Sequence record: DRR723986_3020
Length of the DNA stretch: 38,254 bases
Reading direction: 5' to 3' (one strand)
In this document: positions 19,266 to 30,247 of the stretch, in pieces
How positions within the stretch are numbered: position 1 is the first letter of the stretch
How the letters are laid out: each line of letters starts with the position of its first letter
Notes under the pieces: generated by a model
What the model saw: only the letters and a program-made list of their open reading frames with translations
Told to the model about the DNA's origin: nothing
Databases searched by the model: none
Made by a program: the position numbers and the translations under genes

Positions 19266-19329
19266 CAAATCAACATCATTCATGGGGCGGGGGCAGAAAC
19301 TTACGGACCTGGGCATCGAGGAGGCCCTG

Positions 19330-20601
19330 ATGCGGAACCTTGCGCAGCTGACTGCGAACGTGAAAACCATATTGCCCTTTTCAGGAAGACTGAGAACCCT
19401 CGGGCGCCGGCTGCTTTTGACTGCCGCGGCGACGGGCACTTTGCTGGCCGTTTCTGTGCCGGCACAGGCCGATCAGGGGTTCAGCCAGTTCGTTTCCGGC
19501 TTCTGGCCGACGGCCAGGGCAGCCGGCATTTCTTCCCAGACCTACAACGCGGTCTTCACCGGCATGCAGCCGGACGATGACACCTTGCGCCTGATGAGCA
19601 AGCAATCCGAGTTCGTGAAACCGATCTGGGATTATCTCGATAGCGCCGTTTCAGACACGCGGGTCGAAAAAGGCCGCGAGATGCTGAAGGAGTACAGCCA
19701 GGTTCTTGCGGTCATCGAAAACCGCTACGGCGTCGATCGTGAAGCCGTCCTGGCGATCTGGGGCATGGAAACCAACTATGGCGGCTTCATGGGGCGTCAT
19801 AACGTAATCCAGGCACTGGCGACGCTGGCCTATGCGGCGCCGCGCCGGAAGAGCTTCTGGGAAAAGGAACTTGTTACCGCGCTGGCGATCGTCCAGGCAG
19901 GTCATGTTCGTTTCCAGGACATGGAAGGTTCCTGGGCCGGCGCCATGGGGCACACCCAGTTCATGCCCTCTAGCTGGAAGGCCTATGCCGCCGACTATGA
20001 CGGTGACGGCCGCCGGGATATCTGGACGTCCATACCCGATGCACTCGCCTCAACCGCTGCCTATCTGCAAAAGCACGGCTGGCAGACAGGCAAGACCTGG
20101 GGATATGAGGTAGCCTTGCCCAGCGGGTTCGACTATCACATGGCCGATGGCGAAAAGACGCTGACGCTAGGCGAATGGGGGCGATACGGAATTCGCCGGT
20201 CAAACGGCAAGGATTTTCCGCGGCCGTCCGACAACGCCATCCTGGTTCTGCCTGCCGGAGCAAGCGGACCGGCGTTCCTGATGCTGAAGAACTTTTACGT
20301 GATCAAGCGATACAACAACGCGACTGCCTATGCTCTTGCCGTCGGCCATCTTGCCGACCGGATCATTGGCGGTGGACCGATCGAGGGCGACTGGTCGCGC
20401 GAGCACCTTCCGCTCAATCGCTCTGAAACCGCGGAATTGCAGGCGCTTTTGAACCAGCGTGGATTTTCTGTCGGTACGGCGGACGGCAGGATCGGACCTG
20501 CTACCCGAAAGGGTATCCGAGCCTACCAGCGCTCACGTGGGATGGTTCCCGACGGTTATGCATCCATTGTTTTGCTGGCACGCCTGAAGCTGGACGGCTA
20601 A
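19330..20601 (+). CDS. Lytic murein transglycosylase (MltB-like) with C-terminal peptidoglycan-binding domain
   Basis: IWGMETNYG (catalytic Glu), GSWAGAMGHTQFMPS, DYDGDGRRDIW, YNNATAYAL, DGRIGPATR; possible twin-arginine signal GRRLLL. Start at ATG 19330 after GAGGAGG. Confidence 0.93.
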   Translation: MRNLAQLTANVKTILPFSGRLRTLGRRLLLTAAATGTLLAVSVPAQADQGFSQFVSGFWPTARAAGISSQTYNAVFTGMQPDDDTLRLMSKQSEFVKPIWDYLDSAVSDTRVEKGREMLKEYSQVLAVIENRYGVDREAVLAIWGMETNYGGFMGRHNVIQALATLAYAAPRRKSFWEKELVTALAIVQAGHVRFQDMEGSWAGAMGHTQFMPSSWKAYAADYDGDGRRDIWTSIPDALASTAAYLQKHGWQTGKTWGYEVALPSGFDYHMADGEKTLTLGEWGRYGIRRSNGKDFPRPSDNAILVLPAGASGPAFLMLKNFYVIKRYNNATAYALAVGHLADRIIGGGPIEGDWSREHLPLNRSETAELQALLNQRGFSVGTADGRIGPATRKGIRAYQRSRGMVPDGYASIVLLARLKLDG

Positions 20602-20635
20602 ACTGGGCGCAGTGCAGCTACAGCAGGAGCACAGC

Positions 20636-21913
20636 GTGAGAGTTCAGACACGGCAACGGGAAGGGAAGGGGACACGCGCCGCCTCGCTTCGGGTTGTCGT
20701 ATCCCTTGGGCTTGCGCTTTTTGCCTGCTCTGCCGGACTCTCTGCCGCACAGGACGCGCAGCGCGGTGAAATCGTGGTTGCGCAGAACGGGCCCTTTCGG
20801 GGGTTCAACCCGTTTGCTCCTTTGCAGCGGCTATTTGGCGGCGGGGGCGAGAAGCGCAGAAAGCAGCCGCAAAAGACACAGCAGAAGCCGCGGGTTTCCC
20901 GGCCCGCGGGTGCACCACCCAAATTCGACGTTCTCGAAAAGGACCCCAATGCCGGCCTGATTCTGGTCGTTGGGGACCGCATGGCACGCGGTGTCGCCGA
21001 CGGGTTGAAATACACACTTGCGCAAAAACCACAGATCCGTGTCGAAGCCATTACCGAGGACAAGGAAGGTTTTGTCGGGGAAGGTTCGCCGGACTGGGCG
21101 ACGCAGGTGGTTTCCAGGATCCGGGGGGCGGACGTTCAGGCCGTTGTGGTGATGATCGGCCGGCAGGACCTGGGTAAATCCTTTTCCGGTGAACCGCCTG
21201 TTGAATTCATGACTGCAGAGTGGCTGGAGAGCTACCGCAGGAAGGTCGACGGGCTTGTACGTGTGGTGCGACAGGAAAAGAAACCGCTTGTATGGGCCGG
21301 CCTGCCGCCCACGGGCGACGAACTGGTGAACGCAGATTTCACGCAGCTCAATTCGATCTTCCAGGGCGCGTCGGAGGACAGGCGGGTCCGCTATGTCGAC
21401 ATATGGGATATCTTCCTGGCTGAAGACGGCAGCTTTTCCTCTTACGGACCCGATGTCGACGGCAAGAACACGCGTCTGCGGACGAACGACAAGATCGATT
21501 TCACCTGGGCAGGCTATCGGAAAGTCGCGTTCTTCGTGGAACGCGAACTGTCCCGCCTGCTCGGAGGTTATGGCGGGCTAGCTTTCGAAGGCGTGGAGGA
21601 TGATCCGAACTTCATCGTCCTGACCGGACGCACGACGTCGCCCGAAGCACTGCTTCTGGGTGGTGAGGATGAGGAAGAGATCAATTCGGCCAGCAGGACC
21701 TATCGTTTCTTTGTGAAGGGCGAGCCCTTGCCACCCATGCAGGGACGTGTGGACGATCCACGGATGCCTGCCGTTGCAGTGTCTGCGCCGGCTGCCGCTG
21801 TTGAAGAAGTGTTTGCCCCTACAAGTGCCGATTTGCGTGAGAGCTTGAGTTCAGCAGCCAGCCAGGATGCGCAAGGCCGTGTCTCTGTGACTGTGCGTCC
21901 GGGTTCGCAATGA
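20636..21913 (+). CDS. DUF459 / SGNH-fold exported protein
   Basis: Signal-like N-terminus, ILVVGDRMA, VVMIGRQD, LVWAGLPP, YVDIWD, GPDVDG, RLRTNDKIDFT. GTG 20636 follows AGGAG; ORF opens at 20612. Confidence 0.8.
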   Translation: MRVQTRQREGKGTRAASLRVVVSLGLALFACSAGLSAAQDAQRGEIVVAQNGPFRGFNPFAPLQRLFGGGGEKRRKQPQKTQQKPRVSRPAGAPPKFDVLEKDPNAGLILVVGDRMARGVADGLKYTLAQKPQIRVEAITEDKEGFVGEGSPDWATQVVSRIRGADVQAVVVMIGRQDLGKSFSGEPPVEFMTAEWLESYRRKVDGLVRVVRQEKKPLVWAGLPPTGDELVNADFTQLNSIFQGASEDRRVRYVDIWDIFLAEDGSFSSYGPDVDGKNTRLRTNDKIDFTWAGYRKVAFFVERELSRLLGGYGGLAFEGVEDDPNFIVLTGRTTSPEALLLGGEDEEEINSASRTYRFFVKGEPLPPMQGRVDDPRMPAVAVSAPAAAVEEVFAPTSADLRESLSSAASQDAQGRVSVTVRPGSQ

Positions 21914-21940
21914 CCCTTTGAAATAGGTTTGAAAAACACA

Positions 21941-21974
21941 AAACCCCGCAGGCGTTTGCCGGCGGGGCTTTTTT
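21941..21974. terminator. Bidirectional intrinsic terminator between the convergent DUF459 and gltD genes
   Basis: AAA-CCCCGC-A-GGC-GTTT-GCC-G-GCGGGG-C-TTTTTT. Confidence 0.8.
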
Positions 21975-21992
21975 CATTTCCGGATGTAGAGT

Positions 21993-23423
21993 TCAGCGCG
22001 GCAGGTCGGTCGAGCCGGTCAGGAACTCGTCAACAGCGCGCGCTGCCTGACGGCCTTCGCGGATCGCCCAGACAACCAGGGACTGACCCTTGCGCACGTC
22101 GCCGGCAGCATAGACCTTGTCCAGGCTGGTCTTGTAATCGTCGGTGTTGGCCTTGACGTTGGTGCGGCCATCCAGTTCCAGCTTGTCGCCGGCTTCGGCG
22201 ATGTAGGTTTCCAGCAGCGGGCCGGAGAAGCCGATAGCCGCCAGAACGAGGTCGGCGCGCAAGATGAATTCGGTACCTTCGATCGGGCGGCGCTTTTCGT
22301 CCACGCGGGCGCATTTGACACCGGTTACCTTGCCGTCTTCGCCGACAAGGGCAAGCGTTGCGGCGGAGAACTCACGTTCAGCGCCTTCAGCCTGCGACGA
22401 CGAGGTGCGGAACTTGGTCGGCCAGTACGGCCAGATCGCCAGCTTGTCTTCCTTCAGCGGCGGGATCGGGCGAATGTCGAGCTGCGTCACCGACAGGGCT
22501 CCCTGACGGAATGCGGTGCCGACGCAGTCGGACGCGGTGTCGCCGCCGCCGATGACGACGACATGCTTGCCACCGGCCCAGATCGGGGCCTCGTCGCCTT
22601 CCGGCTCACCGCCGACCCGGCGGTTCTGCTGGACCAGGTACGGCATCGCCCAATGGCAGCCTTCCAGTTCCATGCCGGAGACACCCGGATCACGCGGACG
22701 TTCGGCACCTGCGCACAGGATAACCGCGTCGTGACGCTCTGCCAGTTCTTCCAGGGCAACGGTTACACCGACATTGACGCCGTAATGGAACGTCACGCCT
22801 TCAGCTTCCATCTGCTTCACGCGACGGTCGATGTAGTGCTTTTCCATCTTGAAGTCGGGAATGCCGTAGCGCAGCAGGCCACCGGCCTTCGGCTCACGCT
22901 CATAGACATGCACGGTGTGACCAGCGCGGGCGAGCTGCTGGGCGGCCGCCATGCCTGCGGGGCCGGAGCCGATGATCGCCACTGCCTTGCCGGTCTTGGT
23001 CGCGGACAGCTCCGGTACGATCCAGCCTTCTTCCCAACCCTTGTCGGCTATCGCCTGTTCCACGCTCTTGATGTTGACCGGAATGTCTTCCAGGTTCAGC
23101 GTGCAGGCTTCCTCGCAAGGAGCCGGGCAGATGCGCCCGGTGAACTCGGGGAAGTTGTTGGTGGAATGCAGGTTCTTGAGCGCGTAGTCCCAGTCGCCCT
23201 GGTAGACCAGATCGTTCCAGTCCGGGATCTGGTTGTTGACCGGACAGCCGGTCGGGCCGTGGCAGAACGGAATGCCGCAATCCATGCAGCGGGCCGCCTG
23301 ATTGGTGACGTCCTGGTCGTTCAGCGGAATGGTGAACTCGCGGAAATGGCGAATACGGTCAGAGGCAGGCTGATACTTCTGTTCCTGCCGATCGATTTCC
23401 ATAAAACCGGTTACCTTGCCCAA
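21993..23423 (-). CDS. gltD: Glutamate synthase small subunit
   Basis: [64 protein letters not shown] start after GAGGAGG. Confidence 0.97.
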   Translation of the reverse strand: MGKVTGFMEIDRQEQKYQPASDRIRHFREFTIPLNDQDVTNQAARCMDCGIPFCHGPTGCPVNNQIPDWNDLVYQGDWDYALKNLHSTNNFPEFTGRICPAPCEEACTLNLEDIPVNIKSVEQAIADKGWEEGWIVPELSATKTGKAVAIIGSGPAGMAAAQQLARAGHTVHVYEREPKAGGLLRYGIPDFKMEKHYIDRRVKQMEAEGVTFHYGVNVGVTVALEELAERHDAVILCAGAERPRDPGVSGMELEGCHWAMPYLVQQNRRVGGEPEGDEAPIWAGGKHVVVIGGGDTASDCVGTAFRQGALSVTQLDIRPIPPLKEDKLAIWPYWPTKFRTSSSQAEGAEREFSAATLALVGEDGKVTGVKCARVDEKRRPIEGTEFILRADLVLAAIGFSGPLLETYIAEAGDKLELDGRTNVKANTDDYKTSLDKVYAAGDVRKGQSLVVWAIREGRQAARAVDEFLTGSTDLPR

Positions 23424-23514
23424 GGCGACCTCCTCAAAATTTCATGCGTCTGTCCAGGGTGGCTGCAATCGGCCGCGTCATGCGGCCGAGAGCCAGTTCG
23501 TGCGTTTGGCCGGA

Positions 23515-26500
23515 TTATTCGGCGGCGACCATGCCGAGGCGCTGCTCTTCCATTTCGCGCAGGGCCCGGCGGTATTCGACCGGCATCACCTTGACGAACT
23601 TGGGCCGGTACTGGGTCCAGTTGTCGAGGATTGCCTCGGCCTTTGTCGAGCCGGTCAGTTCCAGATGTTTCGTCAGCATCTGGCGCAGGCGCTCATCGTC
23701 ATGGCGGGTCATGTCGCAGGAAAGGTCCACGCGGCCCTTGTGCTCGATATCGCCACCATGGTGGTGCAGCTTCTCCAGAAGATCGTCTTCTTCGGTCACC
23801 GGTTCCAGTTCGACCATGGCCAGGTTGCAGCGGGAGCCGAATGTGCCGTCTTCATCGAGCACATAGGCAATGCCGCCGGACATGCCGGCCGCGAAGTTGC
23901 GTCCGGTCTGGCCGATCACGACGACGACGCCACCGGTCATGTATTCGCAGCCGTGGTCACCGACGCCTTCGACAACGGCAACTGCGCCGGAGTTGCGAAC
24001 TGCAAAGCGTTCCCCGGCAACACCGCGGAAGTAGCATTCACCTTCGGTTGCGCCGTAAAGCACCGTGTTGCCGACAATGATCGAGTTTTCCGGCACGATC
24101 CGGGTGTTCTCCGGCGGGCGGACGATCAGCTTGCCACCGGCAAGACCCTTGCCGACATAGTCGTTGGCATCGCCGACAAGATCAATGGTGACGCCGCGGG
24201 CGACGAAGGCGCCGAACGCCTGGCCTGCCGTACCCTTCAGATTGATCTTCAGGGTGTCGGGGTGTTTCAGACCCTTGTTGCCGTACCGCTTGGCGATTTC
24301 ACCGGAGAGCATGGCACCTACCGACCGGTCGACGGAACAGATCGTCTCGTCGACAATTGTCGGTTCCTTGCTGTCCAGGGCCGGCTTGGAAGCGGCAATC
24401 AGGCGGCGATCCAGGATGTCGTGGATCGGGTGATCCTGACGCGTGGTCCAGCGGGTCTCTTCCGGTTTTGCTTCCGGCTGGAAGAAAATACGGGAGAAAT
24501 CGAGACCCTTGGCCTTCCAGTGATCGATCGCGGCTTCCTTGTCGAGGAAGTCGGACCGGCCGATCATGTCTTCCATCGTTTTGAAGCCGAGGTTGGCCAT
24601 CAGCTCGCGCACTTCTTCGGCGACGAAGAAGAAGTAGTTGATGACGTGTTCCGGGGTGCCCTTGAAGCGCTTGCGCAGGACCGGGTCCTGGGTGGCGATG
24701 CCGACCGGGCAGGTGTTGAGATGGCACTTGCGCATCATCAGGCAGCCTGCAGCAATCAGCGGAGCGGTCGAGAAGCCGAATTCGTCGGCACCAAGAAGCG
24801 CACCGATGATGACGTCCCGGCCTGTGCGGATGCCGCCGTCGACCTGAAGGGCGATGCGCGAGCGCAGTCCGTTCAGCACCAGGGTCTGCTGGGTTTCGGC
24901 AAGGCCGATTTCCCAGGGAGAGCCGGCATGTTTGATCGAGGTCAGCGGTGATGCACCGGTGCCGCCGTCATAACCGGAAATCGTGATGTGGTCGGCGCGT
25001 GCCTTGGCAACGCCGGCAGCAACCGTTCCGACACCCACTTCCGACACCAGCTTGACCGAGATATCGGCTTCCGGATTGACGTTTTTCAGGTCGTAGATCA
25101 GCTGCGCCAGATCTTCGATGGAGTAGATGTCATGGTGCGGCGGGGGCGAAATCAGGCCGACGCCCGGGGTTGAGTGACGCACCTTGGCGATAACCGCATC
25201 CACCTTGTGACCCGGCAACTGGCCGCCTTCGCCGGGCTTTGCACCCTGGGCGACCTTAATCTGGATCATGTCGGAGTTGACCAGATATTCCGTGGTCACG
25301 CCGAAGCGGCCGGAAGCAACCTGCTTGATGGCAGAGCGCTGCGGGTTGGACGAGCCGTCCGGCAACGGATTGAAGCGCTCCGGCTCCTCGCCGCCTTCAC
25401 CGGTGTTCGACTTGCCGCCGATCTGGTTCATGGCGATTGCCAGGGTCGTGTGAGCTTCACGCGAAATCGAGCCGAAGGACATGGCGCCGGTGACGAAGCG
25501 CTTGACGATGGCTTCTGCCGGTTCCACCTGGTCGAGCGCGATCGGCGAGCGGCCGATTTCGTCCGCGGACTTGATCCGGAACAGGCCGCGGATCGCGTAG
25601 CGTCCGCTCTTTTCGTTCACTTCCTTGGCGAAGGCGCGATAGGTGTCCGGGAGCTTCGCGCGCACTGCATGTTGCAGCAGCGCGACGGAGTCCGGGGTCC
25701 ACATGTGGCTTTCACCACGGGTCCGGTAAGCGTATTCACCGCCAACTTCCAGCGAGCGGCGCAGGATGGCGACGTCGCCGAAGGCCTGCTCGTGGCGCAG
25801 AACGGTTTCATCGGCGACTTCGGCAAGGCCGATGCCTTCGATCATGGTTGCCGTGCCGAAGAAGTACTTCTTCACGAAGGACGAGCCGAGGCCGACAGCG
25901 TCGAAAATCTGCGCGCCGCAATAGGACTGGTAGGTCGAGATGCCCATCTTGGACATGACCTTGAGGATGCCCTTGTCGATGGACTTGATGTAGCGGTAGA
26001 CGACTTCGTCCTGATCGACTTCCTCCGGGAAGTCCATTTCCATGTGCATGGAAAGCAGCGTTTCAAACGCGAGATAAGGGTTGATCGCTTCCGCGCCATA
26101 GCCGGCCAGAACACAGAAATGGTGGACTTCGCGCGCTTCACCGGTTTCCACCACCAGGCCAACAGAGGTTCTCAGACCCTTGCGGATGAGGTGATGGTGC
26201 ACGGCAGCGGTTGCCAGCAGCGCCGGGATCGCGATGCGTGAGCGGCTGATCAGGCGATCGGACAGGATGATGATGTTGTATCCGTCCAGAACCGCTTTTT
26301 CTGCGCGCTCGCACAATTCGTCGAGAGCGCCTTCCATACCGACAGCGCCTTTTTCGGAATTGTAGGTGATGTCCAGCGTCTTGGCGGAGAACTGGTTGTC
26401 GGCGATGTCGCCGATGGCGCGGATCTTCTCAAGGTCCTCATTGGTGAGGATCGGCTGGCGCACTTCCAGGCGCTTGGAGGTCGACAGGCCTTCAAGGTCG

Positions 26501-28245
26501 AAGATGTTCGGACGCGGGCCGATGAAGGAGACAAGGCTCATCACCAGCTCCTCGCGGATCGGGTCGATCGGCGGGTTGGTGACCTGAGCGAAGTTCTGCT
26601 TGAAGTAGGTGTAAAGCAGCTTGGACTTGTCGGAGAGCGCTGAAATCGGCGTGTCCGTGCCCATGGAGCCGATGGCTTCCTGGCCGACGGTTGCCATCGG
26701 CGTCATCAGAAGCTTGATGTCTTCTTCCGTGTAGCCGAAGGCCTGCTGGCGGTCGAGAAGGCTTTCACCGGCTACCGGCGCGCGCTGGCGCACGCCCGGA
26801 AGGTCTTCCAGTACGATCTGGGACCGGTGCAGCCAGTCCTTGTACGGGTTGGCAGTGGAAAGCTGCCGCTTGATTTCGTCGTCGGAAACGATCCGGCCTT
26901 CGTCCATGTCGATCAGCAGCATCTTGCCCGGCTGCAGGCGCCATTTCTGGACAATGCGCTCTTCTTCGACCGGCAGGACGCCAACTTCGGAAGACATGAT
27001 GACGAAGTCGTCGTCGGTGACGATGTAGCGGGCGGGACGCAGGCCGTTCCGGTCCAACGTTGCGCCGATCTGGCGGCCATCGGTGAAGGCAACGGCTGCC
27101 GGGCCGTCCCACGGCTCCATCAGGGCCGCGTGGTATTCGTAGAAGGCACGACGGTTGTCGTCCATCAGCGGGTTGCCGGCCCAGGCCTCCGGGATCAGCA
27201 TCATGGCCGCATGGGCGAGAGAATAACCACCCATGACCAGGAATTCGAGGGCGTTGTCGAAGCAGGCGGTGTCCGACTGGCCTTCATAGGAAATCGGCCA
27301 GAGCTTGGAGATGTCGTCGCCGAGCAGCGCCGACGATACGGACGCCTGACGCGCCGCCATCCAGTTGACGTTGCCGCGCAGCGTGTTGATCTCACCGTTG
27401 TGCGCAACCATCCGGTAGGGGTGCGACAGATCCCAGGACGGAAACGTGTTGGTGGAAAAACGCTGGTGGACAAGGGCCAGGGCCGACGAAAAGCGCTCGT
27501 CCTTCAGGTCGGCGTAATAGGCACCGAGCTGATAGGCGAGGAACATGCCTTTGTAGACGATGGTCCGGCTGGACATTGAAACGATATAAAAGCCTTTCGA
27601 GACCGCATCGGTTTCGGCACGCACACGGTTCGAGATGACCTTGCGCAGTACATAAAGGCGGCGTTCGAAAGCATCGGCCTCACCGCCGGTCTTGCGGATG
27701 AAGACCTGACGGGAAACCGGTTCGGTGGCAGCAATGTCCGGCGCCTTGGAAAGCGATGAATTGTCGACAGGCACGTCACGCCAGCCGATCAGTTCCTTGC
27801 CTTCGTCTTCAATGACACGCTCGACGATGGCTTCGCACTTGGCGCGCAGCTCATCGTCCTGCGGCATGAAGATGAAACCGACACCATATTCACCGGCATC
27901 GGGAAGCGGTGTGCCGGCGTTCGCCAGTTCTTCTGCAAAGAACGCGTGCGGGATCTGCACCAGCATGCCTGCGCCGTCGCCCATCAACGGGTCGGCACCA
28001 ACCGCGCCGCGGTGCGTGAGGTTTTCAAGAACCTGCAGACCGTCGGCAATAATCTTGTGGGACTTCTCGCCTTTCATGTGGGCGACAAAGCCGACACCGC
28101 AGGCGTCGTGTTCGCGCGACGGATTATAGAGCCCTTTGTCGGCGGCCGTGCTCAGTCGTTCCGCAAGTGTAGTGGTTGCGGTGGTCTTCATGTCCACGCT
28201 CCCAGCTTGCATGGCTGTGCTCGTCGTCAGCTCTATCTTCGTCAT
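23515..28245 (-). CDS. gltB: Glutamate synthase large subunit
   Basis: [66 protein letters not shown] 28245 preceded by GAGGG; ORF opens at 28377. Confidence 0.97.
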   Translation of the reverse strand: MTKIELTTSTAMQAGSVDMKTTATTTLAERLSTAADKGLYNPSREHDACGVGFVAHMKGEKSHKIIADGLQVLENLTHRGAVGADPLMGDGAGMLVQIPHAFFAEELANAGTPLPDAGEYGVGFIFMPQDDELRAKCEAIVERVIEDEGKELIGWRDVPVDNSSLSKAPDIAATEPVSRQVFIRKTGGEADAFERRLYVLRKVISNRVRAETDAVSKGFYIVSMSSRTIVYKGMFLAYQLGAYYADLKDERFSSALALVHQRFSTNTFPSWDLSHPYRMVAHNGEINTLRGNVNWMAARQASVSSALLGDDISKLWPISYEGQSDTACFDNALEFLVMGGYSLAHAAMMLIPEAWAGNPLMDDNRRAFYEYHAALMEPWDGPAAVAFTDGRQIGATLDRNGLRPARYIVTDDDFVIMSSEVGVLPVEEERIVQKWRLQPGKMLLIDMDEGRIVSDDEIKRQLSTANPYKDWLHRSQIVLEDLPGVRQRAPVAGESLLDRQQAFGYTEEDIKLLMTPMATVGQEAIGSMGTDTPISALSDKSKLLYTYFKQNFAQVTNPPIDPIREELVMSLVSFIGPRPNIFDLEGLSTSKRLEVRQPILTNEDLEKIRAIGDIADNQFSAKTLDITYNSEKGAVGMEGALDELCERAEKAVLDGYNIIILSDRLISRSRIAIPALLATAAVHHHLIRKGLRTSVGLVVETGEAREVHHFCVLAGYGAEAINPYLAFETLLSMHMEMDFPEEVDQDEVVYRYIKSIDKGILKVMSKMGISTYQSYCGAQIFDAVGLGSSFVKKYFFGTATMIEGIGLAEVADETVLRHEQAFGDVAILRRSLEVGGEYAYRTRGESHMWTPDSVALLQHAVRAKLPDTYRAFAKEVNEKSGRYAIRGLFRIKSADEIGRSPIALDQVEPAEAIVKRFVTGAMSFGSISREAHTTLAIAMNQIGGKSNTGEGGEEPERFNPLPDGSSNPQRSAIKQVASGRFGVTTEYLVNSDMIQIKVAQGAKPGEGGQLPGHKVDAVIAKVRHSTPGVGLISPPPHHDIYSIEDLAQLIYDLKNVNPEADISVKLVSEVGVGTVAAGVAKARADHITISGYDGGTGASPLTSIKHAGSPWEIGLAETQQTLVLNGLRSRIALQVDGGIRTGRDVIIGALLGADEFGFSTAPLIAAGCLMMRKCHLNTCPVGIATQDPVLRKRFKGTPEHVINYFFFVAEEVRELMANLGFKTMEDMIGRSDFLDKEAAIDHWKAKGLDFSRIFFQPEAKPEETRWTTRQDHPIHDILDRRLIAASKPALDSKEPTIVDETICSVDRSVGAMLSGEIAKRYGNKGLKHPDTLKINLKGTAGQAFGAFVARGVTIDLVGDANDYVGKGLAGGKLIVRPPENTRIVPENSIIVGNTVLYGATEGECYFRGVAGERFAVRNSGAVAVVEGVGDHGCEYMTGGVVVVIGQTGRNFAAGMSGGIAYVLDEDGTFGSRCNLAMVELEPVTEEDDLLEKLHHHGGDIEHKGRVDLSCDMTRHDDERLRQMLTKHLELTGSTKAEAILDNWTQYRPKFVKVMPVEYRRALREMEEQRLGMVAAE

Positions 28246-28550
28246 GTGCGCCCTCACTGTTGACCCCAGTGCCGCCGTGGCTGGGAGCGTCCGGTTCCGT
28301 TCGGGTCGCATTCCATCAAGAATGCGGTCCGGCGAACCCTGGCTTTCCTGCCCCGGCTCTGTTGTTGTATTAACCACGGCCGTTTATCAAAGCAAACCGC
28401 CGCATTGACGCAGCGGTCCTCCGCTGCCGAAACGTTCCGTCTCGCTTCCTTGCGGATCCTCCCCGGATCCGCCCAGTGGTCAGCCTGGCAATCACCGATG
28501 CCTTTTTGTCCTGCGCCCTGTCCGGGCCGTTTTGGGCATGGCGATAATTG

Positions 28551-28567
28551 GGACAGCATACCTGTCC
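28551..28567. promoter_or_regulatory. Palindrome upstream of gltB, candidate operator
   Basis: GGACAG-CATAC-CTGTCC with AT-rich flanks. Confidence 0.5.
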
Positions 28568-28632
28568 TATTCCAAGCGGCGCGAACATGACAGATTTCGC
28601 CGTCGTGAGCAAGAGTGTTTCTGCGTCGCCGC

Positions 28633-28662
28633 ATTATAATTGTTTCGCGCGAAAAGTGCCAA
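28633..28662 (-). promoter_or_regulatory. Candidate sigma70 promoter facing gltB
   Basis: Minus strand TTGGCA-N18-TATAAT. Confidence 0.4.
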
Positions 28663-28859
28663 TCGTCCGGAAAGGTCAAAACCGACGATAAATATGTAAG
28701 AATCTTGCGTTTGTTAAACTTTGTGCAGTTATGCTCGCAAAACAGTCACATGCGTTTGATTTCCTATTTATCTTCAATAGGGTCATCTACGGTGGGTGAC
28801 TGGCGGCCCAGCAAAAACGCCGGTACGCAGTGATTTTTCAACGACGAGAGGAGATCGAG

Positions 28860-29159
28860 ATGAAGCATAAGGCCATGTCTGCAGCAATTGTTGCCGGTGC
28901 GGTGGCAACCGCGGTTGCGGGTCTGTCGTCAACTGTTCCGGCCCACGCCCAGGCCAAGGAAAAATGCTATGGTGTGTCCCTGAAAGGTCAGAACGACTGC
29001 AAGGCGGGTGCAGGCACGACTTGCGCCGGTACGTCGACCGTCGACTATCAAGGCAACGCCTGGACCCTCGTCCCGAAGGGCACCTGCGTGACGATGGATG
29101 TTCCTGGTGGCCGTCACGGCTCTCTGACCGAACTTACGCGCGACCTGCCGGAAGCCTGA
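28860..29159 (+). CDS. bufA: Bufferin precursor, BufA1-type (DUF2282)
   Basis: Sec signal ending AHA, then EKCYG..KGQNDC...TCAG...W..VPKGTC...GSL with four Cys; RBS GAGGAG; directly upstream of a DUF692 gene. Confidence 0.9.
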   Translation: MKHKAMSAAIVAGAVATAVAGLSSTVPAHAQAKEKCYGVSLKGQNDCKAGAGTTCAGTSTVDYQGNAWTLVPKGTCVTMDVPGGRHGSLTELTRDLPEA

Positions 29160-29349
29160 TAGGCTTTAGACGGCCGCAACTGCGGCAATCTGGTCAGGCA
29201 GGCACTTGCTTATCCCGCACTTGGTGCCGAGGCGGGCAGGGCGCCAGCCCTTTCAAAGTCATGAGCCATGGTGCTTCAGTCAGTCCAGTCTGAAGATGTC
29301 CTCAGCCAGTGTGCCTGCCTGACAAAACTTTTTCCACCCGGAGGGCTCC

Positions 29350-30246
29350 ATGGTTTCCGATACCCGATCAAACCCGGTACAGCGCTGCGAGGCGGCCGTT
29401 CCAACGCGCGCGGGAGCCGGTCTGAAGCCGGAGCATGTTGCGGCTATTCTGGAAACGTCCGCGGATATCGGTTTTTTTGAAGTTCATGCCGAAAACTACA
29501 TGGGGGCCGGCGGTCCGCCGCACCGGCAACTGGAGGCAATCCGCGAGCGGTATCCCCTGTCTCTTCATGGTGTCGGTCTTTCGATCGGCGGTGAACAGCC
29601 ACTGGACAAGGATCACCTGCGGCGCTTGTCAGACCTCAACAAGCGATATGAACCGGGACTGTTTTCCGAACATCTGGCCTGGTCGACGCACGACACGACT
29701 TATTTCAACGATCTGTTGCCGGTGCCCTATGACGAAGCCACGCTGAACCGTGTGTGCGATCACATAGATGAAGTGCAGGAGACCGTCGGACGGCAGATGC
29801 TTCTGGAAAATCCGTCGACTTACGTCGCCTTTGCACAGAGCACGATGAGCGAACTGGATTTTCTGAGCGGGATCGCGCGCCGGACCGGCTGCGGCCTGTT
29901 GCTCGACATCAACAACGTGCATGTGTCCTGCACCAACCACGAGAGATCCGCGAGAGATTATCTTGCCGCCTTCCCGATGGCTGCTGTCGGCGAAATACAT
30001 CTGGGCGGTCATGCCCCTGACCGGGACGACGCCGGACGGCCACTGCTGATCGACGCGCACGACCGGGAGGTGGATCTTGCGGTCTGGCAACTTTATGAAG
30101 ATGTCATTCGTTTACAGGGGCCGCTGCCGACCCTGATCGAGTGGGACAACAATGTTCCCGCCTGGCCGGTTCTGCTTGCCGAGGCACAAGCCGCGGATCG
30201 CATTCTGGCGCAGCCTGCAGAGGCTGGCAGAAAGCAAGCGGTCTGA
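29350..30246 (+). CDS. bufB: Multinuclear non-heme iron oxidative enzyme (DUF692/MNIO)
   Basis: [48 protein letters not shown]. Confidence 0.95.
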   Translation: MVSDTRSNPVQRCEAAVPTRAGAGLKPEHVAAILETSADIGFFEVHAENYMGAGGPPHRQLEAIRERYPLSLHGVGLSIGGEQPLDKDHLRRLSDLNKRYEPGLFSEHLAWSTHDTTYFNDLLPVPYDEATLNRVCDHIDEVQETVGRQMLLENPSTYVAFAQSTMSELDFLSGIARRTGCGLLLDINNVHVSCTNHERSARDYLAAFPMAAVGEIHLGGHAPDRDDAGRPLLIDAHDREVDLAVWQLYEDVIRLQGPLPTLIEWDNNVPAWPVLLAEAQAADRILAQPAEAGRKQAV

Positions 30247-30247
30247 C

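Noticed and set aside
28647-28661. sigma54-like TGGCAC-N5-GCGC on the minus strand
   Set aside because: It lacks the TTGC -12 element; a sigma70 reading explains the site equally well.
28680-28860. SigF/ECF16-type promoter for bufA
   Set aside because: GTAAGA and GTCACA occur, but neither has CGAA at the expected spacing.
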